A stretch of DNA of 64,000 bases from Lytechinus pictus. Its lineage: Eukaryota. The DNA is taken from NCBI RefSeq assembly GCF_037042905.1, contig NC_087245.1, positions 30,568,001 through 30,632,000 of the forward strand. The letters run 5' to 3'. The number at the start of each line of letters is the position of its first letter. Positions within the stretch are counted from its first letter, which is position 1. The notes below the pieces were generated by a model, which saw only the letters and a program-made list of their open reading frames with translations, did not search any database and had not been told where the DNA came from. Both the position numbers and the translations under genes were made by a program. Of this stretch, positions 13,752 through 24,019 are shown piece after piece.

Positions 13752-15520
13752 TTAAACTTTTGCACATGCAAATTCCATTTATATGCATACAGTGTATGGT
13801 AATTTGTTTCTCAGATGACCACGAGTGTCTTTTGGGGTTTTATCCTGGTCCGACGAGTGTGGAAGCCAAGTGTAATCACAACCAAAACCTGTCAGACCGA
13901 CAGTTCCCATAATCGTTCTGTATTTGAATAGGCCATGAAATATGACAATTTCTCACCACCAGCATCGTCATTTTTGCTAATCTTTAGCCAATTCAAGGTA
14001 TTAAGTAGACTGCTTAGTGCAAATTTTACCACCCAATTCCTGATATTTTTTGTCATGTGATCACTCATGACTGATTTTCTGTGTATCTTGTATGGGTATT
14101 AAGTCTGAGGTGACTTTCATTACTTCTTCTGTGCCAAGCGAAAGATTGCCAACAGTCGTTCATTATTCATCAAGGGGCTGTCACTCCCGAAAAGTTTAGA
14201 CAGCGTATGACAAAGTTATGTAGGGTAGGTGATGGCAAGCTGTGTTCGTATCCTATTCATTATTGACAATTTCTTTTTGTTATCAACTCCTGTGATTCTT
14301 TATGTAAGAAATTTGTGTTAACAATATGCAAGAAGTGGGATTACGGTACTGGCCACAAGATCATAAGCATATGCTGGCTAAAGTATCAGTGTTACAGCCC
14401 CTTTAAACACATTTTGACAATAGTTTTCTCTGTATGATGGAGAAATCAACAACATAGAGATCTTCCATAAAAATGAAATCTTTTCATTATTCTTCTGCTA
14501 GTGAGGTACAATCTGATTGACGATGATCCACAGCATTTTTATTGCGCAATATTTCTGCACATCTTGTATTTGAAATTTGTTGCATTTATAGAATGAATAC
14601 CAAGATTCATGCAGCTGCAATTTCTGCATATTACTTTGCATTGATTTGAATGTTTCCATTTTAATTTAGCAGAAGTTTGTATTATTATCTGCTTACACAG
14701 ATTCAGCTGAAATATTGCGCATCTTGCTTGAAATATGCTGCTGTACTTCTCTGATCATATAATTGTGTACATGTCATAATTCCAAGCTTTTTTAATTTGC
14801 ACTGTACCAAATAATGACTTGGCTTTTCTAATATTTTGTGGAATATCATGGAGTCATACAAGTCCATTGTAAATAATCAATGATACGTGAGCTCGCTCCT
14901 TGACTATTTCTCACCCGCTTGTATGTCATCAGCTTCTGAGATTGAAGTACCTTTGTGGACGTTGCTGAATTTTATTGTATTGAGATGGAGTGCAGATGAA
15001 ATTACATAAATCTCGACAATTCTGGGGTTAAATGTGATGTTAGGTAAGACCAAGAGAGACAAAATTGTCACGAGGTTCATTATGTCAAATCAGGTGAATA
15101 GAATATTTCATATCCAGGCACTTCCACAATGACTTGTGAATTTGGTTTTTGTCTCAAACATACATGGAGGTGTTTAATACAAAGATAGATTTTTAAAAGT
15201 AAATCCAAAAGATTGATGAAAACCACTTTAGACCATGAACGGGCAAGGTCGAAAATTCCCAGGTAGATTCATGTACATCTGTCACTCTCATCACACGCTG
15301 CCTTAGCACTAATGTCATCATGCTCTTTCAGATACTAGTTGTGTAGATGTTTATTTGACCCACTGATGTGTATAATTTTTGTACATGTATTGACATCTTT
15401 ATCTGATCTTTGTAATGCGATTTCTGAATAGCAATGTACTACCAATGTGTTAGTTGAAGGCAGAGAACCCAGCATTTCTGTAGTTATCAGCAAGAACTGT
15501 GAACAAAACCATACCATGAA

Positions 15521-15960
15521 GGGCAAGTTGACCCAAACAAACCATTGATTTGAATACTAAAGAAATTGAAAATTACACTGAAAGTTTCATCAGTCGTATG
15601 TGAAATTAAACTTGCTGCAGCAATGTAAATTCCACACATTTAAGGTGGAATGAAACCCAACTGATCATTTATGCAAAAATTAACAACTCATTTGCATACC
15701 AGTACTGGCCGCACAGAAATGTTGTTACGGTACTTATGGATCGAGATGTGATATCATGCATTGCTGCGACATTACTGGTTGCAAAAGAGTCCTCTGTTTG
15801 CACTAACGTTTATGAACAGCCAGTACAGGATGAGCATGACTGTTATGTAAAATTAAGCATAACTCAAAATTTTCACAAATTATTCACTTCCAAGTTTGAT
15901 GAAACTTTCAGCATAATGCTCGTTTGAATTTTCTCGACTCGTTCAAAACCTCTTATTTTG
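15521..15960. mobile_element. Degenerate MITE related to the 27.5-kb element
   Basis: GGGCAAGTTGACCC start and the inverted pair CTGAAAGTTTCATCA / TGATGAAACTTTCAG. Confidence 0.4.
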
Positions 15961-16431
15961 ATATGATAATCTCCAGAATTGATCAGTGTCAAAATTTCAT
16001 GTAAATGAAGCATACTACATAATTACATGGAGTGCGAATCTTGACACAAAGAATATATACTCCAACCAAAATTAAGTAGTTCAGATTGTGCTTCTCTTCC
16101 ATAGGATAATGAATTGTCGGCCATCACTAAATGCCAAAATACATCCCTTCATATGTAATTGTGTGAAGCTTTTTAGGACTATGTGGTACATTTGGTATTC
16201 TCATTTCCCAGACAATAACAAGGATCACATCTGTAATGCCCAAGATTTCAACCATATCTCATGTAACTAATATATGTCTCATTTTTCTGCAATAAAGGAA
16301 ATTATGCTGTACTAAGCATAACTAAATTACAGATGTCCTGACTTTTGATTGTCCCGTGCCTGTAAAAAAATACTTTATTGAATTTGTTGCAGCTAACAGT
16401 TAGGCCTCCCACTCTTTGGTCTATTGGATCA

Positions 16432-16786
16432 GTAAATTGCAAATTTGTTTGCTGCAAACTCGTCCACTCACCACACGGTCTACCTTCATCTAGTCTAATG
16501 CCAATCCGTTCATACACATATCGCCTAACAACTATTTGGTCCAGTCACCAGTTCGTCTATGACCATTTCGTCTCATAACCATTTAATTTTCATTCGTTTC
16601 GCTCAATTAACACAAAGTCCAATAAGACTAAATGGCTATTGGACCAACTGGTTGATGAAATGCTGAGTGGACGAAATGGCAATTACACCATGTCGATATT
16701 GGACAAACTAGTTAAGAGTAGATCAAATGATAGTAGAGGAGTTGGTAATTTGACTGATTGGCATTAGACCAATTGAAAATAAACCT
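16432..16786. repeat. Interspersed element built of short inverted sub-repeat arrays
   Basis: Left half has GTCTAATGCCAAT, TTGGTCCA and CATTTCGTC motifs; right half has their complements (TGGACCAA, GACGAAATG, ATTGGCATTAGAC). Confidence 0.55.
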
Positions 16787-17492
16787 ATCGGATCTACACC
16801 TGTTGACTAACTTCTGTATAAAAACAAATCATTGCATTAAATCCTACACGATTTTAAAAGGAAAATTTTGCACACAAGTGTGACTTTCAATAGATTGGGA
16901 AATTAAAATTTAGGTAGCCGATATTTTTGTTGAATTCTTTTTCTTGGTGAATGTGCCCAACCATCATTCGCTAATGTTCAGCCGACCTAAGTGACAAAAT
17001 TCAGAAATCAGTCAACAAGTGTCGATGAAATCTGAGCAACTGCACAAAAAGCTAACCGTTGTTTTTTTTTTTTTGGGGGGGAGGGGTGAATAAAATACCT
17101 GTTCAACCCAAAGATTCTTAGCAAACAAATGAAATTGATTCAAAAGAGAAATTGGGTGCAAGAAGCAATACCAAGCATTTATTCCCAAATCACATCAATC
17201 TGCAATTAATGTACAAGAATATACTCGAACAAAAAGACAATGGTTCCATAAATGTATGTTATAGATAATACCATTATACATCAGTTTGCACATGATCTTC
17301 AAACTATCCTTGCATAAAGATAATGATTTCATTATTACAAAACATTTCTTTGTGATGTTGAGTGCAAGGACAGTTGGATTTGATGAATAACTGATGACAA
17401 TTGACTCTGGATTCGACAGGAAAACAATTGCACATGGCTTTGTATCCTTGCGGAATTTTTGTTTTTTCTTTAGTCATTTACAAATCATGGAT

Positions 17493-17622
17493 CTATTTTT
17501 GTGGGGCCTCCTCGTCTTCACGGCTGAAGCTTTTGAGTAAATCCTGGCGTTTCTGAGCTATACGTTCTTCACGGCGCTTGCGGGCCTCCTTGGTCCTTGT
17601 ACGCCTGGCCTCGGCTTGCTCA
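17493..17622 (-). CDS. RPL19: RPL19 exon 5 (stop codon)
   Basis: Acceptor TGTGCAG at 17623-17629; encodes [42 protein letters not shown]. Confidence 0.96.
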
Positions 17623-20600
17623 CTGCACAGAAAGAAAAAGAAATGTAAATACCAAGGTCCAGTTTCATAAATACTGTAATAAATACACAATTTCTACCTC
17701 AACTGAGTAAGGCACCCAACCAAAGAAAGAGCACACCTTCCCCACAGGAATACTTCAAGTGTCCTCTAAGTTTTATTTCTCTCCATTTTCACATTTAACA
17801 TAGACATAACAATGGGGAATGCGGGAAAGCTCCGATAAACCCTGCTATAAAAGAGTTGGTAAGCTATGCATCTCTCACAACTGATTTCCTGCATTACCCA
17901 TATTTGGTCTAAGATCAATGTGAGGATTACTAATGAGAGGACACTTCCAGAATTCCTATGCGAGAGATGCGGCTCTGATCTTCAGTGAAAAGCCCAATAG
18001 GGAGTTTTTGGTACAACGGCGTAGAATGAATCCTACAACCCAGCAAATGCATCGAATATGCAAGTCAATCACAATGAAATTTTTGTCAAGGGTCGGTGAA
18101 TCGAAACAGCAGTTTCGTGCGACATCTCAGAGCTGGCAAAAAATTGCAAATACGTCGCTTGTCTAGAGTCACAGACAAAAATGCTGTTTCGATTCACGAA
18201 CTATCGACATTTGACTTCATTGTGATTTGACTGTCATTTTCAATAAATTTCTGCACTGAAGGATTAATTTTGCGCTGCTGTGCGAAAAGTCTGTCGTCAC
18301 TTCCATGGATGACATTAACTTTTTTCCCCTGAATAAAAAAATGAATGAAACATTTCCATACAACCATTACTAGTTGTAAAAGGATGTGAAATAGTGCATC
18401 AAGAAAAAAGGGCTGTGAGAAAAGCAAATTACCAAATTATTATTTTGTGTGCAGGAGGGGCAATCTTCAAGAAACTATGACTCTTCCTTAATCTGAGTGC
18501 CAATTTTCATGATTGAAATTATCGGCCCATAACGTCATAATCCCCGTGCATGGGCACTAAGCAGTTAGTTTGTTTTATTTGTGATTTCTAGTTAGGGGGC
18601 GCAAGCGTTTCTCCATGGCAATTATGCGGCGGAGCAACCAGAGTCGCAAACAAACTAAACAAATGGCTCCACCAATACAAAAAAAAATCCCCCTGTACAA
18701 AATGACTTACGCAAGCATCTTGCCACGTTGGTTTTCTGCCTTCTTCTTATGGATGTACTCCATGAGAACTCGCTTGTTCTTGAAGACATTACCCTTGACC
18801 TTCATGTACAGTGAGTGGTACCTGAAACAAAGAAACACACAAAATCAATAATATATCTCGCACTTTTATCCTTTAGTTTGATTCTATATAACTTGAGAAA
18901 TAGCATTGGTAAAACTGAAAAAGGGAGTACATAACACATTCAAATGACAAAGCTGGGTTTAACATTTAAAAATGAGAGACAGAAAGTGTCAAGACTGCAC
19001 TAGGTTTACAGGTGCCGCTTTTCTGACGGCGGCATCATCGTCAAAATCAAATCTTAATAAGAGTGGGCTATAAATGGGTGATTTTTGGTTTTACTGTGGG
19101 AACAGTTTTTTTGTGTTCCTTTTACCTTATCTCAACATGAAATGACAATATTTTTTGTCTCGGGTCCGAGAAAAAAGTGTGCCGGGCCAAAATCCAAAAT
19201 GGCCGCCAAAACCCCCCAAAATGACAGTTTTGGCCACAACTTTTTTATTTGGTGGTCATTTTCTCTGGTTTTGGTGTCTATTCATATGTTTTGGGGGGCA
19301 GGCAATTTGTTTTTCCTATAATTAGTACTTTTAAACCATTATTTGTAGAATTAAAAGGTAATTATACCTAAATTTTCCCATTTTTGTAGCCTTTTTTCAT
19401 CCAAGAAGTGGGTTTTATCATCCTGGGGTTCTGGGATATTAGATGGTACGAGGTCAACAATAGCAAGTAGCTTCATGTAGCTATATTGCTTTTATTCCTC
19501 CACTTTGGGTTTTACGGATATTTGTGAAATATATCTTATCAAATAAAAGAAAATGTCATTTATCCATAGGGGCTATACGGTGTACAATGCACTGTACATA
19601 CTACACTGCATATATCCATGCATTGACCACCATGGCATATGACAAGGCCTGTATATAAACTATAGTGTCATAGAAATGAGCTTCAAAGGTTTAGAATTAG
19701 ATTGTGAATTTGATTCCTTGTCAGCTGATGTACATGGTGAAACTAGCAACGTAAATTATACTTACATGTAAATATCACATACATGTATATATATATTACG
19801 TACATCACATTTTTAGCCATATCTTCTTCATTTGGAGGCTTTTTTTAAAACCTGGTTCTGGTGTCTAACTGGCCTATGTTTATGGGGTCAGGTGGCTACT
19901 AGTATCATGGTAACGCTGATCAACAGCCAATCAGAATAAAGGATTGCATGCAAGTTACCATTATGTTAAGTTAACATAATGGTAAATTTTTATGCAACAG
20001 GGCCCAGAATAGCTACAGTGTAAATTACCTCTCTCCGCCCCCTGAATTAGCATATTTGACAAAACATGTCCTCAATTTCTGAGACAAAACATATCTTCAA
20101 TTTCTGAGGCATCTAATTCTAAACCTGAGAACTCATTTCTATGACACTAGTTTATACAAGCCTTGTTATCTGTCATGGTGGCCAATGCATTTATGCAGTG
20201 CAGTATGTATGTACAGTACATTGTACATATGTATACTGTATAGCCCCAATGGATAATTGACATTTTTTTATCTAATAAGATATATTTCACAAATATCCGT
20301 AAAACCCAAAGTGGAGGAATAAAAGCAATATAGCTATATGAAGCTGCTTGCTATTGTTGACCTCGTACCATCTAATATCCCAGAACCCCAGGATGATAAA
20401 ACCTACTCTTTGGCTGAAAAAAGGAAAAAAAAATGGAAAATTTAGGTATAATTACCTTTTAACTCTACAAATAATGGTTTAAAAGTACTAATTATAGGAA
20501 AAACAAATTGCCTGCCCCCCAAGACATATGAATAGACACCAAAAACAGAGAAATTGACCACCAAATAAAAAAGTTGTGGCCAAAACTGTGATTTTGGGGG

Positions 20601-23463
20601 GTTTTGGCAGCCATTTTGGATTTTGGCCCGGCACACTTTTTTCTCGGACCCGAGACAAAAAATATTGTAATTGCATGTTGAGATACATTACAAGGAATAA
20701 AAAAAAACTGTTGTCATATTGAAATTACAAAAAAAGTATTTTTGACCCATGTATAGCCCACTCCTAATCTTAACCAAAGGTTAAGTTTTTTTAATATCAT
20801 AACTCAAAAAGTATATGGGCCTAGTTCATGAAACTTGGACATGTTTAACAAGTATTACTTAACATCCTGCCGGTAATTTCTTTTTATCAGAGGACTGTAC
20901 ATATCATAGTTGAAAGCTTATATTTTACAACCAGGAATGCTAATCAAGATTATTTCTACCCCCTCCCCCACATACAAACATTTTTTTGAATAAACAAACC
21001 GTCTCATGTAATAATGGGAAATCTTTAATCTACTTACAAATGCCTGTCAATCTTCTTGTTCTCCCTGTACTTCTTGAGTAGCCTCCTCAAGACTCGCATC
21101 CGCCTGATCCAGATCACCTTTGAAGGCATACGGGCATTGGCTGTACCCTTACGCTTACCTGGATAGATAAGGGGGGGGGGGAATCATTATTTAAATCAAG
21201 TTGATAATTTCACCATCTGGTTTTTTAAATAAATTTTTCCTGATGATAATCCAGTTACGTTCATATTAAAAATTACATGTGCTCATCTTCTATGAAAGAC
21301 AAATATTTCAAAAAAAAGGCTATAAAGACGATTAAAACCATGAGAAAGAATCTAGGCATGAGTATGATCACTTACCGCGTCCACTGTGACGTCCCTTCCT
21401 ACGGGCTTCTGCATCCTTGCGAACACGGGCCCTGGAATGTACAGCAACAGGCTTGCGGATGATCAGACCATCCTTGATCAACTTGCGGATGTTCTGCCTC
21501 GAGTTAGCATTGGCGATCTCGTTGATTTCATTAGGGTCAAGCCAGACCTTGTTCTTGCCGCAGCTCATCACGCTTGCGGCCAAGCGCTTCTGCAACCGTA
21601 GGTTACTGAAATTTGAATAGGAAAAGATATTTGCAAACAAAGCTATTACGAAGTATCATGAAATTCTCTTAAGTTTACATACTTTGTTTCAACAGGATCA
21701 AGGCTACATGTAAAACAAAATGATGGTAACATTACTGAAAATGAACTTTAAACGACAATTTACCATCTGCTGGCGGAAATGGCTTTCAAAAACATGTTTT
21801 TACTTGTTACCTTTTGGTGGTGATGTGCGATTGGCGCTATAACAAAACAGTGCCAGGATGTTTAAGAGAGTAAATCTCACTTGAAGTTGAACGAATTACT
21901 CTCCATGCAACTCAAGAATATAGATCTATACCCAGTTTTTGTACGTTTCAATCATTGATTAAAAGTAATGACAACTGTGGTAAGAAAAGCTGTCCGAAAT
22001 CTGTGCATATGGATATTCAATTTCAACTGCCCAATTCAGCATGCAAAATTTTGAATATCCATCTCAAAAAGGCAGAAAATATATTTGAAATTGAATAGCA
22101 GGCATTTAATGTAGGATTGGAAACGGGAGTCCCGACCACTGGCGGATCCAAGGGGGGGGGGGGGGGGGGGGTGGGCACAGCCGGCCCATGCCCCCCCCTA
22201 AATAAGAGGCACAAGCAATTAAAATTTGTAATGTAAAAATGCAGAACAGAAACGTGGGCCCCCCCCCCCCCTCTTTCAAGAGTGAAGACCTTTTTTTTTT
22301 GCTTGTCAAATTTTATCGTGGACGAAATTCCCTTAATTTTTGGTTGAAAGCCTTTTTTTTTTGCTTGTCAAATTTCTCCTCGGGAAAATGTGCCCCCCCC
22401 CCCCTTGCGAAAAAATCCTGGATCCGCCCCTGGTCCCGACACTTAATAAAGATTTATGGTAGTGGATCGTATTACCGAACACTTTCATGAATTCAATCAT
22501 ATCAAACACACTATTCTCAAAAAATTCACCAAACTTTCACCATGAATACACAATTACCTACAAAATATAAATATGTAAAAATTTGGCCGAAATCGTTTTT
22601 CCTATTTACGATATTAGCTTCCAATCGGACCCCTCTTCGCATGTGAAATATTTTGGTCACTTGAAAAAGGTATCGTATTACCGAACGTGTGTTTTCTATG
22701 GGAAAAGTTGAGAAAACAACAAAGTCACTGATGCGTTATTTTGACCATATCTTATTGTTTTTCGAATATTAAGACTTTGAAATTGTGTTTTTGACAATTT
22801 TTCATCATCTTTCTATTCAACTTCAAGTTCTCTTTGAAAGGATGTTGCAAAATTTTGAGCGTATGGAATTATTTTCTGATGCGTATGATGATGCGCACGT
22901 TCGGTAATACAAGGCCGGTCGGTAATACGATCACTCACTATACATTCAGATCTTTTTAACTTTTAGCATTTATTAAGCAATTCAAAAGAAAAGTGGCAAA
23001 TAATGAAATATTCACAATTATTTTTGCTATAATTTAATGCATGAATTTTGAGAAAATCCTGTGCAAAAGACGAATATTTTAACTGTTTAACAAATTCAGA
23101 ACCCCATCCTACCAAAAGGAATGAGATCCCCGTCCCTGTTCCACCGGACGTCCGACCCCCGACGCGACGGCGGACCTGCCAGTGCCGGGCTCCGGATCCC
23201 CTACCCAGTAGTAGTAACTAGTACGGGGGGGGGTACCCATTCACGTCACGTTAGTGTCGTGCACCCAGTCATATTCGTTTGGCAGAATAACATCGCGCCG
23301 ATAACCCAACCCTTAATAGTAATAAATTAATTCGCCTACAACAAAAATACGACAATCAGAATGATCATAAGGAATTCATAAAACAGACACTGTAACACAA
23401 TTGGAAAGAAAATACTCTTTTAAGGATTTTTATGCATATTTTTGTGACAGTCTTTTACCTCAT
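17493..23463 (-). CDS. RPL19: 60S ribosomal protein L19 (eL19), 5 exons, 198 aa: complement(join(17493..17622,18711..18821,21038..21158,21376..21605,23459..23463))
   Basis: Spliced translation [28 protein letters not shown]...[12 protein letters not shown]...[21 protein letters not shown]...EQAEARR is the eL19 signature. All introns are GT-AG and exon lengths 5+230+121+111+130=597 nt keep the frame. Confidence 0.98.
18711..18821 (-). CDS. RPL19: RPL19 exon 4
   Basis: TTTCAG acceptor, GTAAGT donor; encodes [36 protein letters not shown]. Confidence 0.97.
18985..20872 (+). mobile_element. Truncated Helentron/HINE-like host repeat, split by the 19058-20766 insertion
   Basis: GGTGCCGCTTTTCTGACGGCGGC...CAAATCTTAA joins CCAAAGGTTAAGTTTTT...CATAACTC...TTCATGAAACTTGG once the insertion is removed, recreating an AATCTTAACC...GGTTAAG hairpin. 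The family assignment rests on motif resemblance only. Confidence 0.4.
19058..20766. mobile_element. 1.7-kb fold-back non-autonomous DNA transposon (hAT-like) in RPL19 intron 3
   Basis: Ends TAAGAGTGGGCTATA / TATAGCCCACTCCTA; inverted arms ~19058-19702 and ~20111-20766; flanking direct repeat (A)ATCTTAA. Confidence 0.85.
21038..21158 (-). CDS. RPL19: RPL19 exon 3
   Basis: ATCCAG acceptor, GTAAGT donor; encodes [40 protein letters not shown]. Confidence 0.97.
21376..21605 (-). CDS. RPL19: RPL19 exon 2
   Basis: TTTCAG acceptor, GTAAGT donor; encodes [52 protein letters not shown]... Confidence 0.98.
22137..22432. mobile_element. hAT-type MITE with perfect 8-bp TSD
   Basis: GTCCCGAC|CACTGGCGGATCCA...TGGATCCGCCCCTG|GTCCCGAC (TSDs at 22129-22136 and 22433-22440). 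Confidence 0.9.
22460..22940. mobile_element. MITE-like element with repeated subterminal motif
   Basis: ATCGTATTACCGAAC at ~22467 and ~22672, with inverted copies GTTCGGTAATAC / GTCGGTAATACGATC at ~22899-22932. Confidence 0.6.
23459..23463 (-). CDS. RPL19: RPL19 exon 1 coding part (ATGAG)
   Basis: GCCAAAATGAG|GTAAAA; joins exon 2 to give MSNLRLQK. Confidence 0.9.
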
Positions 23464-23484
23464 TTTGGCCTACGTAGATCACAC

Positions 23485-23500
23485 GAGGAAAAGGGAGAAA
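23485..23500 (-). promoter_or_regulatory. TCT initiator / 5'TOP pyrimidine tract of RPL19
   Basis: The minus strand reads TTTCTCCCTTTTCCTC about 25-35 nt upstream of the ATG, as is typical of ribosomal protein genes. Confidence 0.85.
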
Positions 23501-23845
23501 CAATGCACAACTCGATATGAGAGCTTACTCCGCGGAATTACATTATTTGCCTTTTTAATATTAAAAAAAAAAAATGAAATCTCATTTCCTAGTGTTGAAT
23601 AAGATATTCATATTATTTAAAATGTTAAAAAATATGATGCATTATCAACATTTTTTTCAAAATAACACAATATGATGAATGCGCACTAATTTAGTAAAAG
23701 TTGAATTGTGGTGAGGCAAATCGTTCAAATTCGCTGCTACTGGACTGCACGGACGTATGCCGCTAGCTAGCTATATGTAAGCAACAGATCCGAGAATTTA
23801 ATGGGATCGGCGAATACTTGCACCATCTGCTGGAAACTATTTCAG
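23500..23845. promoter_or_regulatory. Putative bidirectional promoter RPL19/CCDC43
   Basis: Divergent start codons 382 bp apart, with an A/T-tract core flanked by CpG-containing segments. Confidence 0.7.
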
Positions 23846-24019
23846 ATGGCAGAGGCTGCTATTTGTCAAAATTTTGGAGAATGGCTCTCCATCAAACTAG
23901 ACCAACTCAACATCGATCAGGATGTGTTTGGAAGCTACATAAGTAGTATTGTAGAAACTGATGATTCGAACGAGGAGGAGAAGTCAGAAGCCTTAAGTGG
24001 AATCCTTGGCGGAATATTG
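23846..24019 (+). CDS. CCDC43: CCDC43 exon 1
   Basis: MAEAAICQNFGEWLSIKLDQLNIDQDVFGSYISSIVETDDSNEEEKSEALSGILGGIL, followed by a phase-0 GTATTT donor. Confidence 0.9.

Noticed and set aside
17623..23458. Intronic snoRNA in RPL19
   Set aside because: Ribosomal protein introns often host snoRNAs, but I found no convincing C/D or H/ACA box arrangement by eye; an Infernal/Rfam search would settle it.
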